From an uncultured Oscillospiraceae bacterium (GTDB lineage: Bacteria; Bacillota; Clostridia; Oscillospirales; Acutalibacteraceae), in contig URFL01000003.1 in assembly GCA_900547105.1 (NCBI GenBank), positions 1 to 64,000 of the forward strand: a stretch of 64,000 nucleotides of DNA, written 5' to 3'. Shown here one piece after another: positions 21,371-30,321 of this stretch; position 1 is the first letter of the stretch, and the number at the start of each line of letters is the position of its first letter. The notes under the pieces are model-generated. The model did no database searches, was not told where the DNA came from, and saw only the letters and a program-made list of their open reading frames with translations. The translations under genes were made by a program, and so were the position numbers.

Positions 21371-23092
21371 TTACAGTGTTTTGCAGAACATTTGATAATA
21401 GGCGTTGGTTTGCAGCAGTTCTTCGGGGGTGCCCGCCGCCTCCACCGCGCCGTCCTTCATCACAACGATGTAATCGGCGTTGCGGGTTGCGGCGTAGTTG
21501 TGGGCGATCATCACCGTGGTCCGGTTTTGCATCAGATGATCCATCGCATCGGTCACCATCGCCTCGCTCACCACATCCAGATTGCTGGTGGCTTCATCCA
21601 GCAGCAGATAATCCGCCCCGCGCAGCATCGCCCGCGCGATGGAGATGCACTGCCCCTGTCCGCCGGAAAAGTTGGAACCGCCCAGTCCCACATCCTCGTC
21701 AAAGCCGTCCGGCTTTTCCATGATGCAGTCGTAGCAGTTGGCTTGCTTGGCAACGGCTGCCAGCTCGTCGTCGCTGACCTCCCGCTCCAAACCGTAGGTG
21801 ATGTTTTCCCGCACGGTGCCGCCGATAAGCGGATCCTTTTGGGACACCACCGCGAACTGGTCGCGCCAATCCGTCAAGTCATAGTCGCCAATGTTTTGGT
21901 CGCCAAAGCGGATCTCGCCGCTTTTCGGCTCGTACAGCCGCGCCATCAGCTTGAACAGGGTGGATTTGCCGGCACCGTTGCCGCCGATCACGGCGGTCAC
22001 CTTGCCCATCGGGATTTTCAGCGTCAGATTTTTGATCACATCCTGCTCGTCCGTATAGCCAAAGGTGACATCGTCAAACACAATGTCCGCGCACAGGGCG
22101 GGAACCGGCTCGCCATCCCCCTGCTCGGGGGCGGTATCCATCACCTGCGAGATCTTTTTCATGGTACCAAAGGTGCCGGACACCGCGCCGACATTCATAA
22201 AGAACTGCATCAGCTGCATGGACACGATGCCGGTGATCATATAAAAGCCGGTGAGGTCGCCGATGGTGATCTGGCCGCTGGGGATCAGCTGACCGCCGAT
22301 CACAAACACAATGACGATGAACAGAATGGAAAACAGACTGGACGCCAGCTGGTATCCGGCCACCATCAACCAGCTGAGGAAATCCGCGATATACATCCGC
22401 TGGAACGAACGCTCGCCCTTTTTGGCTTCCAGTTTTTCCGCCACGGCACTTTTGATCAGCCGGAAATGGCGCACCCGCTCGGCCAGATAGCCCATGCTGC
22501 CCGCCATGGTGGTGGTGCCGAACGCCCCCAGCTTAAACATCAGCTTGCCGTAGATCAGGCACACCAGCAGCGTCAGCGGAATGATGATGAGCGAATAGGT
22601 GGCAAGCATAGTGTTGTAATCAAACAGCTGGATAAACGCCTGGATCGAGGTCACCACGCACACCACACAGGAGATCGCGGTGGTAAACAGCGATGCCGGC
22701 GCTTCCGCATCCGAAGTGACACGGCTGACCAGCTCGTCGCCGCTGTCCGCGTCGTAATAACGGGTGGGCAGCCGCATGATCTTGCCCCACAGCTTCACTC
22801 TCACCCGCAGCGTGATGACCTCTTCCATTTTGCGGGTAAAATAGTTGTCGCAAATGGAAAATGTCGCCGAAACAGCCACCATCGTGATATAGCTGACCAG
22901 CTTTTTGGTGTCGATCGCCACCTGGCTGGTATCAATAATATCGGCGGTCATGGTCGCCACCTGCAGCTCGGCGTTCATCATGGCGATGGCGCACACCAAG
23001 CTGCCCAAAATCAGCAGCCACGGCAGCTTTACCCCTTTCCACAGGGTGAAATACCGCGCGATATGTTTTTTGGAACCGGTTTTCTTTTTCAT
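21371..23092 (-). CDS. ABC transporter, fused permease/ATP-binding subunit (type I exporter)
   Basis: Six TM segments, then Walker A GGNGAGKST, signature FSGGQGQ, Walker B LLLDEATS. Confidence 0.93.
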   Translation of the reverse strand: MKKKTGSKKHIARYFTLWKGVKLPWLLILGSLVCAIAMMNAELQVATMTADIIDTSQVAIDTKKLVSYITMVAVSATFSICDNYFTRKMEEVITLRVRVKLWGKIMRLPTRYYDADSGDELVSRVTSDAEAPASLFTTAISCVVCVVTSIQAFIQLFDYNTMLATYSLIIIPLTLLVCLIYGKLMFKLGAFGTTTMAGSMGYLAERVRHFRLIKSAVAEKLEAKKGERSFQRMYIADFLSWLMVAGYQLASSLFSILFIVIVFVIGGQLIPSGQITIGDLTGFYMITGIVSMQLMQFFMNVGAVSGTFGTMKKISQVMDTAPEQGDGEPVPALCADIVFDDVTFGYTDEQDVIKNLTLKIPMGKVTAVIGGNGAGKSTLFKLMARLYEPKSGEIRFGDQNIGDYDLTDWRDQFAVVSQKDPLIGGTVRENITYGLEREVSDDELAAVAKQANCYDCIMEKPDGFDEDVGLGGSNFSGGQGQCISIARAMLRGADYLLLDEATSNLDVVSEAMVTDAMDHLMQNRTTVMIAHNYAATRNADYIVVMKDGAVEAAGTPEELLQTNAYYQMFCKTL

Positions 23093-24831
23093 ACTGTCGC
23101 CTCTCCTGCGTTCTCATTCATTTTCCGGTAAGTATCGCAGGTCTCCAGCAGAGATGCGTGGGTACCGTCGCCCACCAATTCGCCGCTGTCCATCACCAGA
23201 ATCCGGTCGTAATTTTTCGCCAGACCCAGATCGTGGGTGATGAGAATACGGGTTTTGTCCGCAAACAGCGTATCCATCGTGTTTTGAATCTTGGCCGATA
23301 CCCGCACATCCAGCGCCGAGGTCGGCTCATCCATCAAAATGATGTCGCCGCCGCGCAGCACTTCCCGCGTCAGCACCAGCCGCTGGCTTTGCCCGCCGGA
23401 CATGGAACCGCCGCCGGACGCCACTTCGGTGCTCAAATCGTTGTCGCAAAGCGCCAAATACTCGTTGAATCCGGTCTTTTCCGCCGCAGCGAAAATCTCC
23501 TCGTCGGTCACTTCGCGGTCAATACCGTAGGTCAGCGCCTCCCGCAGGGTACCGCTGAACACATCCGCGCCCTGCTGCACATACGCAAGATGGCGGCGAA
23601 AATCCGACAATGTGATGTCGCGGATGTCCGTATCACCAATCAAAATGTGCCCCTCATCGGGTGTGTAGAACCGTTCCAGCAAGCTGACCGAGGTGGTTTT
23701 GCCGCTGCCGCACAGTCCCACAATCGCGACACAGGAGCCGCGCGGAACCGTGAAGGACACCTGCTTCAGCGCAGGCTCGCTGGTACCGGGATAGGTGAAG
23801 GTGATGTTTTCAAACCGAATATCCCCCGTTTGCGGGAACGGTTTGGTCGCACCGGCATCCTCGTCCTGCCCGTCCATAATTTCCACCGAACGAAAGAAAG
23901 TACCGTACATCCCTTTGATCCGAATCCACAGATCGAAAACATCGTCCATCGTCGGGAACAGGTTTTGCGCAAACAGGAAAAACGCCAGCCACATGGCAAT
24001 GTCGATCTTGCCCTGCTGCAGCAGAACGACCGCGATCACCACCACAATAAACTTCTGGAGAATATCCAAAATCGAGGTGGCAGCGGTGGAAATGTTATCC
24101 AGATGCACCAGCTTCATATTAGCTTTCAGCAGCTTGTGCGCCACGCCACGCCCCACTTCGCCTTCGGTCTCTTCGTTGGTGTAGGTTTTGATCAGCGGCA
24201 GATGGTTGATGCGATCCGCCAAAAAGCTGGTCAGCTCACCGATTTTGCCATACACCTTGGCGGTGCTGCGCTGCACCTGCCGCCCCATGATCAGCGCGTA
24301 CACATATTTCAGCGGCAGCATCGCGAAACAGGACACCGCAAGGATCCAGTGGTATTCGCTGATCCGCCGCAGCGCCATCACCACATAATATACATTGGGA
24401 ATCAGATAAAGGATGACATTGATAAAATCGGTCATCGCGCTGCTGGCATCGTTGATGATGGCGCTCATCAGATCCGAGGGATCGTTTTGGTCAAAATACT
24501 CCATCCGCATGCCCAGCATCTTGTTCCACAGCGCCTGGCGCGCCCGTTTCACACCGTACGACTGTGCCTGCACCTGACCGGCAACCACCAACGCCGACAG
24601 CACGCCAAACACCACATAAAACATAATGGCTTTTGTCAACGCCGCGCCGGAGAGCTGCCCGCTGAGCAGATCGGCGGTGGTATCCGGCAGCTTCAGCAGC
24701 AGATCGTTCAAGCCCAGATTCAGCGACAATCCGACAATGATCCACACCCACGGTAGCCGCAGCTTTTTGATGGTGCGAAAAAACGCTTTCCAGCTGCCGG
24801 CTTTCGACTTTTCTTTCACTTGTGTATCCAT
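23089..24831 (-). CDS. ABC transporter, fused permease/ATP-binding subunit (heterodimer partner)
   Basis: Walker A GLCGSGKTTS, signature MSGGQSQR, Walker B ILMDEPTSALD. Stop/start overlap with the downstream ABC gene. Start chosen at MDTQVKEK with RBS aggag. Confidence 0.9.
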   Translation of the reverse strand: MDTQVKEKSKAGSWKAFFRTIKKLRLPWVWIIVGLSLNLGLNDLLLKLPDTTADLLSGQLSGAALTKAIMFYVVFGVLSALVVAGQVQAQSYGVKRARQALWNKMLGMRMEYFDQNDPSDLMSAIINDASSAMTDFINVILYLIPNVYYVVMALRRISEYHWILAVSCFAMLPLKYVYALIMGRQVQRSTAKVYGKIGELTSFLADRINHLPLIKTYTNEETEGEVGRGVAHKLLKANMKLVHLDNISTAATSILDILQKFIVVVIAVVLLQQGKIDIAMWLAFFLFAQNLFPTMDDVFDLWIRIKGMYGTFFRSVEIMDGQDEDAGATKPFPQTGDIRFENITFTYPGTSEPALKQVSFTVPRGSCVAIVGLCGSGKTTSVSLLERFYTPDEGHILIGDTDIRDITLSDFRRHLAYVQQGADVFSGTLREALTYGIDREVTDEEIFAAAEKTGFNEYLALCDNDLSTEVASGGGSMSGGQSQRLVLTREVLRGGDIILMDEPTSALDVRVSAKIQNTMDTLFADKTRILITHDLGLAKNYDRILVMDSGELVGDGTHASLLETCDTYRKMNENAGEATV

Positions 24832-24856
24832 ACATGTTCTCCTATATAGGAAGATA

Positions 24857-24904
24857 TAAAAAACGGATGCCATACGCCGCCCGCATGGAGGGTATGGCAT
24901 CCGT
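24857..24904 (-). terminator. rho-independent terminator downstream of the lipoprotein gene
   Basis: cggatgccatac…gtatggcatccg stem followed by tttttt on the minus strand. Confidence 0.7.
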
Positions 24905-24913
24905 CAGGCGATC

Positions 24914-26005
24914 TTATTCGCAAACCGTCGAGAAGAAGGTCTCCTCGATCATACGGGTGTATTCTTTCACCGAATTGTCTTTGATAACGCTATAACCCTT
25001 GTAGGTATTCAGCAGATCCTGCATATCCTTGCCGGTGTTTACGACCTTGATCACCGTATCCGACTCGCGCACCATGTTGTTGCCGAACGCCTTGGCTTCC
25101 ATCAGCTTGTCTGCCGACTCTTTCGAGGGGGTTTCGTAATAGCTGTACTGCGCGACCATATCGCCCTTGAGACCGTAGAGATAGTCGGTCATCGACGAAA
25201 TATCACCGGAGTATTCCTCCTGCACCGCCGCCTGGCCGTCACCGGTGAGCACAACCCTCTGGTCAAACTCGATGTCGGTGGGATCCTTATGACCGGCATA
25301 GGGCTTGTACGGGTTTTCGCCGGTGTATTTTTTCACGCCGTAGGTCTGCTGCAAAATATCCGCGTAGGTCGCCGCATCCTTGGTCTTGATGGTCTCGCCC
25401 TGCTGCTCCATCTGCGTAAACTGCTGAGCGATCGCGTCGGCATCCTGCACGCATTTCAGCACCGTGTCGCTGTCCTCGGTCAGCGTCAGGTCAAAAACGG
25501 ATTTCATATTGTCGATCACCAGTTTTTTCGCGGACGCATCCGACAGGAACAGATAGATATACGCCGAAACCGTGCTTTGTTTGTTGCCGTACACCACGCA
25601 GCCCATGGTCACCGTGCCGGGAATCTCGATCATTTTGGACGCATCGGGTTTGCCAAGGTTCTTTTCCTTACCCTTTTCAAAGGCGGTGTAGCTGCCGTCA
25701 TCCATCTTGGTCCAGCCGGCCGCCAGACCGGTTTCGGGGTCATAATCGTACATGCCGATCATATTGCCCTTTTCATCGTACACCATGTTATCGGGATAGG
25801 CGGCGGAGTTGACCGTCTCCTGCAAGGTGTCGCCGAATTTGTCGTTTTTCAGCACCAACCGCTCGTCATAGGTCAGCCCCTTGGGGTCGGAATGCGTGTG
25901 GGTATCGTCAAACTTGACCGCTGCGCTGTTGTTGAACAGGCTGCAGCCGGCAAAGGACAGCACCAGCGCCAAAACCAGTGCCAAAGACAGACATTTTTTC
26001 ATCAC
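24914..26005 (-). CDS. hypothetical lipoprotein (363 aa)
   Basis: Signal peptide with lipobox, MMKKCLSLALVLALVLSFAG-C. No recognisable catalytic motif. Confidence 0.7.
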   Translation of the reverse strand: MMKKCLSLALVLALVLSFAGCSLFNNSAAVKFDDTHTHSDPKGLTYDERLVLKNDKFGDTLQETVNSAAYPDNMVYDEKGNMIGMYDYDPETGLAAGWTKMDDGSYTAFEKGKEKNLGKPDASKMIEIPGTVTMGCVVYGNKQSTVSAYIYLFLSDASAKKLVIDNMKSVFDLTLTEDSDTVLKCVQDADAIAQQFTQMEQQGETIKTKDAATYADILQQTYGVKKYTGENPYKPYAGHKDPTDIEFDQRVVLTGDGQAAVQEEYSGDISSMTDYLYGLKGDMVAQYSYYETPSKESADKLMEAKAFGNNMVRESDTVIKVVNTGKDMQDLLNTYKGYSVIKDNSVKEYTRMIEETFFSTVCE

Positions 26006-26043
26006 AACAAACTTCCTCTCATCTTTTTTATCATGCCGCGACT

Positions 26044-26244
26044 TTATTTCTCCTTATAATACAGCCGGCAATGACAATAGCCTTCAAAATCGGGATCCTG
26101 GATCTGCGCCTTGAACTCTTCGCAAATGCATTTGTTTTCCGGCGTTCTTTCCAAACGACAGGGACAGTAGCCGCCGGTGCGCTTTAAGCCTTCTTTGACC
26201 TGCGCCACGATCTCTCGGTCGTCGTTCAGCCGAACTTTTCCCAT
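26044..26244 (-). CDS. minimal ferredoxin-thioredoxin-reductase catalytic-subunit-like protein (67 aa)
   Basis: MGKVRLNDDREIVAQVKEGLKRTGGYCPCRLERTPENKCICEEFKAQIQDPDFEGYCHCRLYYKEK carries the CPC…CxC…CHC cysteine pattern of FTR catalytic subunits. RBS aaaggagg. Confidence 0.7.
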   Translation of the reverse strand: MGKVRLNDDREIVAQVKEGLKRTGGYCPCRLERTPENKCICEEFKAQIQDPDFEGYCHCRLYYKEK

Positions 26245-26261
26245 ACCTTGATCCTCCTTTT

Positions 26262-26579
26262 TTATTGATACAGCAGCTTGGAGACCTGCGCCAGCAGTTC
26301 CTCCCGCTCCATATTGCCGATGGTTTGATCCACCAACTCTCCCCCCCGGAAATACAGCAGGGTGGGCATGGCGGTAATGCCGTAGGTATCGGCGATTTCG
26401 GGATACAGCGAAATGTTGATACGCCCGAACGCCACGCCGCTCATCTCGGCGGCCACGGCGTCGTAAATCGGCTCCAGCATGACGCACGCCACGCAATTTT
26501 CGCCGTAGCAGTCAATGATGGCATACTCGGCTTCCGAAAACTCTTTCCATTCCTGGTCCTTCAATTCAACAGTTGCCAT
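26262..26579 (-). CDS. thioredoxin-family protein with atypical CVAC active site
   Basis: MATVELKDQEWKEFSEAEYAIIDCYGENCVACVMLEPIY…AMPTLLYF… is a thioredoxin fold with the cis-Pro region. RBS gggagg. Confidence 0.8.
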   Translation of the reverse strand: MATVELKDQEWKEFSEAEYAIIDCYGENCVACVMLEPIYDAVAAEMSGVAFGRINISLYPEIADTYGITAMPTLLYFRGGELVDQTIGNMEREELLAQVSKLLYQ

Positions 26580-27453
26580 TGGAACCTCCCAATTTCTGCT
26601 CAACGATCGTGTCGATGTACTCAAACAAATGATTCATCGCTTCCCCTTGGCGAACCATATCCAAAAGCTCCGCCCGCTCAGGCACCTTTTCGCCCATCAG
26701 GCTCATCATTTCCTGCATCTGATCCGCCTGCTGCTCGATCATCGCCTCGTCCAGAACAATACCTCTGCTTTGGCAAAACGCCTCCGCCATCCAGCCCTGT
26801 TTGGCTTGCGCGATCACCGATTCCCGAATCTCCTCGGGCGACACATCCATATCCTCTTCGTCGCACTCGGCGGCAAAGTCCTCCATATTGGACTGGATAT
26901 AGGCATCCATCGCCGCCTCGTCATAGACAAAGGTGCTGCCGGCTGCCATCTGATCCATCAGGTAGCGGATGATCTCCTTGCTGCGCTCCATTTGCAGGTC
27001 AGCCATCGCTTTCTCCCGCAGATAGGTGCGGTAGCCATCCACCGTCGTAACGCCATCAATGCCGATGCTAGCAATCAGCGCATCGTTCACCTCCACCGGC
27101 GTGCGATGGACAATTTTTTCAATGGTCAGGGTGACGGTTTTGTCCGCCAGCGCCGCGGTAAAGGCGGCACCGACCGCCAGCCCCAACGCTGCCTTAGACG
27201 CTGCCTCCGCGCCGGGCACCGCCATACCGGTGTAAAGCAGAATGGTGCGGCCGTCGGGGTAGCTGTCCTTGTCCGCGCGGGCATACACAATATCACCCGC
27301 CGCCACCGACTGCGTCGCGCTCTCTTTGGCGTAGCGCAGCGACAACTGCTGCAGTTCTTCTTCCACGCGCTGCTCATCCACGTGCAGCTCCAGCATAGGC
27401 TCCGGAATCGCAATGCTGTCTATATCGCACAGCTTGGTCACTGTTCCGTTCAT
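26566..27453 (-). CDS. hypothetical protein, trigger-factor C-terminal-domain-like, acidic (start uncertain: 27453 or 27489/27531)
   Basis: ORF overlaps the thioredoxin start by 14 nt (same operon). The acidic helical C-terminal region loosely resembles a TF/SurA-type chaperone domain. RBS gaggag is upstream of the ATG at 27453. Confidence 0.45.
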   Translation of the reverse strand: MNGTVTKLCDIDSIAIPEPMLELHVDEQRVEEELQQLSLRYAKESATQSVAAGDIVYARADKDSYPDGRTILLYTGMAVPGAEAASKAALGLAVGAAFTAALADKTVTLTIEKIVHRTPVEVNDALIASIGIDGVTTVDGYRTYLREKAMADLQMERSKEIIRYLMDQMAAGSTFVYDEAAMDAYIQSNMEDFAAECDEEDMDVSPEEIRESVIAQAKQGWMAEAFCQSRGIVLDEAMIEQQADQMQEMMSLMGEKVPERAELLDMVRQGEAMNHLFEYIDTIVEQKLGGSNGNC

Positions 27454-27804
27454 AGGGTTCTCCTCTCCGTTCGGATCCGGCTCCGCCATGCGGCGGCGGG
27501 TCGAATCACTATTCTTATCCTTATCCGCCAAGCGGATACCGCCGCCCTTAAAAGCCGCGTGTTATACCCGCTTGTCTTATGTTTCATTCTAGCGCATCCG
27601 TTAGAAAAACACAATAGTTTCTGTCGAAAATTGACGATTTTTATTGTTTTTCCAATAAAAGGGAAATCCCCCTCCGACGCCGCTCCGTAACCTTGCGTAT
27701 GCACAACCCATAGGCAGGCATATGCCTTCCCCTTAAGGGATATACGCAAACCAGCGGCGGGCGCCAGCCTCCCTCGTCAGAGAGAGCCGGATGGGATTTC
27801 TACC

Positions 27805-27935
27805 CTCCCCTGTCCTTCTGAGCGCAGCGAAAAATCTTTTTGATCGCTCCCATTCCTGCGTTAAGATTCTTCGTCGCTTCGCTCCTCAGAAGGACATGGC
27901 AAAAGCACCGCCTGTCCAAGCCGGACAGACGGTGC
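27805..27935. repeat. structured palindromic intergenic element (short member of the dispersed repeat family)
   Basis: Inverted repeat gtccttctgagcgcagcgaa / ttcgtcgcttcgctcctcagaaggac plus a second hairpin caccgcctgtcc-aagcc-ggacagacggtg. Shares the ctgagcgNagcgaag motif with the repeats at 32.2 kb and 43.4 kb. Confidence 0.6.
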
Positions 27936-27951
27936 TTGACACATTCCTTCT

Positions 27952-28809
27952 TCACGCGGACACATCGTGTCCGGTGAGCTGCCGGATCACCGGCAGCTCA
28001 TACGGCGGGAAGTACAACCAATAGGGCTCCTGCTCATACACAAAACAAAGTGCATAATACGACTTGAAATAATACTGGTCGTCCTTCTCCCGAATTTTAT
28101 ACTCCCTGTATGCCGGGCTGTTGTACTTTTCCGGCTTGTTCCATTCGGGCAGATACATTTTCCGGTCGATCGCGCGAATACCGGTGATGCTGTCCAGCGG
28201 GATCGCCCACTTTTGGTGGCCGTCCGCCATATACAGATTACCATCGGCAACAAAGGTTTTCATCTCTTCCGGAATCATCAGCCCTTTGAGCGAACGTTCG
28301 CGCACCATCGCCACCGGCTCACCGTCCTGCACCACATAATCGGACATCAGCACATCCACATTAACCGCCTCGCCGGGCACGCCCAACGCATCATACGCCT
28401 CTGCCATCAGCCGGTCGGCGGCGTTTTCGGCATGGGTAAACACCGCGCTTTCCACCACCGACCGCTTGCGGCTGTACTGCCAAACGGTCAGCGCCGCGCC
28501 AACGATCACCATACCCCCGAACACATAAAACGCCCACGGGATCATCGCGTACAGCTCCGCCAGCGAGGGGCCGCCCTCGTTATTGAGCACCATCGTTACG
28601 CAAACGACCACAGCAACCGCGCACACGCCCCACAAAATCTGCAGCGGCAACGGCAGCGAAATGGATTCCTCCAGCTTGTCCCGTTCCTCTTCGTTTTCGT
28701 CCAGCGCCTGTTCCAGCTCGTCACTGATTTCGGCTACGACCAGCTCGTCCCCATCCAACACATCGTTCTCTTTGTCCGTGGTGATGTCACGCCCCAAAAA
28801 CACTTTCAT
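27952..28809 (-). CDS. hypothetical membrane protein (285 aa, acidic N-terminus, 2-3 TM)
   Basis: MKVFLGRDITTDKENDVLDGDELVVAEISDELEQALDENEEERDKLEES, followed by TM segments. Confidence 0.6.
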   Translation of the reverse strand: MKVFLGRDITTDKENDVLDGDELVVAEISDELEQALDENEEERDKLEESISLPLPLQILWGVCAVAVVVCVTMVLNNEGGPSLAELYAMIPWAFYVFGGMVIVGAALTVWQYSRKRSVVESAVFTHAENAADRLMAEAYDALGVPGEAVNVDVLMSDYVVQDGEPVAMVRERSLKGLMIPEEMKTFVADGNLYMADGHQKWAIPLDSITGIRAIDRKMYLPEWNKPEKYNSPAYREYKIREKDDQYYFKSYYALCFVYEQEPYWLYFPPYELPVIRQLTGHDVSA

Positions 28810-28871
28810 TCGATAACTCCTCCGTTTTTATCGTCCGCCCTTGCCATCGGCGGCAAGGGCGGACAGGTGGG

Positions 28872-30296
28872 TTATTCTTCCGCCGGTTGTTCCGACGCCT
28901 CTTCCTGCGGAGCAGGAGCTTCCGGTGCCGCAGGGGTATCCAGCTCTTTTCCGAGGAACCCGGGGATCTGCATCCCCGCCATTTTGAAGGTTTCGTTCAA
29001 AGGCGGAATGGATTTCATCATGCCGGACAGGAAGTTCGCGGTGGTGGAACCACCCTCCTTGCCGCCCATCGAATCCCAAACCGTCACCTTGTCGATCTTC
29101 AGATTCTTGATCGCTTCCACCTGAATCTTGACCAGTTCCTCGATCTTGTCCGCCAGCATCAGCTGCACCGCTGCGTTGGCGTCGCCGCCCGCTGCCTCCA
29201 CGATTTTCTGGAAGCCTTCGGCCTGTTTCGCCAAAATCTCCTGAGCACCGCGCGCCTGCGCCTCCATGGTGGCGTAGATCGCGTCCGCTTCACCGCGCGC
29301 TTTGCGGCGGGTCTGCTCGGCTTCGGCTTCCGCCTCCAACTCCACCCGCTCTTTTTCGATGCGCGCTTTCACGATAACATCCGCCTGCTGGGTCGCCGCC
29401 TCACGCTCGGCACGCGCCTGCTCGGCCTGTTGCTGTGCAGCATATGCTTCTTCCAACGCCCGCGCTTCGGCGATCCGCTCGGCTGCGGTCGCCCGGCGCA
29501 TAGCCTCGGCCTCCGCCTCGCGACGAGTCGCATCCGACTGCGCCACGGCGGCTTTGGATTCGTTTTCACCGGCGATGGCGGCGGCGTTCGCCTCCGCCAC
29601 CTGAATACGCTGATCCTTGACCGCCTGCGATTCACCGATCGAACCGTCGCGGTTCTTTTCGGCAACCGACTTTTTCGCATCGTTGATCGCCTTGGCGGCC
29701 GCCTCTTTACCCAGCGCCTCGATATACCCCGACTCGTCGGTGATATCGGTCACATTCACGTTGATCAGCCGCAAACCGATCTTTTTCAGCTCGGTCTCCA
29801 CATTGTGGTACACCGCTTCCACAAACTTGTCGCGGTCGGTGTTGATCTCTTCAATATCCATGGTCGCGATGACCAGACGCAGCTGACCGAAGATAATGTC
29901 CTTCGCCAGCTCCTGCACCTCGACCATTTTCAGCCCCAACAGCCGCTCGGCGGCGTTCTGCATAGTACCCGGCTCGGTGGAGATACCCACCGTAAACCGC
30001 GAGGGCACATCCACGCGGATGTTCTGGTGCGACAGCGCGTTGGTCAGATCCACGTTGATGGAAATGGGGGTCAGATCCAGATAATCAAACGATTGGATCA
30101 CCGGCCAGATGAACGCCGCGCCACCGTGGATACACCGTGCCGAGCGCGCCGACCCGTCTTTGTTGGTGCCGACTTTACCGTAGATGACCATGATTTTGTC
30201 GGACGGGCACCGGCGGTACCGCGACAGCAGCACCAGCAGCAGCGAAAACAGCAGCACCCCGACCACGATCAGCAAGATAACAACATTGCTAGGCAT
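28872..30296 (-). CDS. flotillin-like SPFH/band-7 protein (FloT/YuaG family)
   Basis: N-terminal TM anchor, SPFH domain, then a long Ala/Glu-rich coiled-coil (…EAEAEAMRRATAAERIAEARALEEAYAAQQQAEQARAEREAATQQ…). Confidence 0.88.
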   Translation of the reverse strand: MPSNVVILLIVVGVLLFSLLLVLLSRYRRCPSDKIMVIYGKVGTNKDGSARSARCIHGGAAFIWPVIQSFDYLDLTPISINVDLTNALSHQNIRVDVPSRFTVGISTEPGTMQNAAERLLGLKMVEVQELAKDIIFGQLRLVIATMDIEEINTDRDKFVEAVYHNVETELKKIGLRLINVNVTDITDESGYIEALGKEAAAKAINDAKKSVAEKNRDGSIGESQAVKDQRIQVAEANAAAIAGENESKAAVAQSDATRREAEAEAMRRATAAERIAEARALEEAYAAQQQAEQARAEREAATQQADVIVKARIEKERVELEAEAEAEQTRRKARGEADAIYATMEAQARGAQEILAKQAEGFQKIVEAAGGDANAAVQLMLADKIEELVKIQVEAIKNLKIDKVTVWDSMGGKEGGSTTANFLSGMMKSIPPLNETFKMAGMQIPGFLGKELDTPAAPEAPAPQEEASEQPAEE

Positions 30297-30321
30297 ACAA
30301 ACTCCTTCTTTCTCTCTGTTT

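Noticed and set aside
21340-21372. Hairpin between the M16 peptidase start and the ABC transporter stop as a terminator
   Set aside because: The stem is imperfect (one mismatch plus a wobble) and the U-run is on the + strand, where no upstream gene ends. On the minus strand an A-run precedes the stem. It is therefore ambiguous and not reported as a feature.
26265-26972. 235-aa + strand ORF overlapping the thioredoxin and TF-like genes
   Set aside because: It is antisense to two minus-strand genes that have good RBSs and recognisable folds. Its Pro/Arg-rich translation is typical of GC-rich antisense frames.
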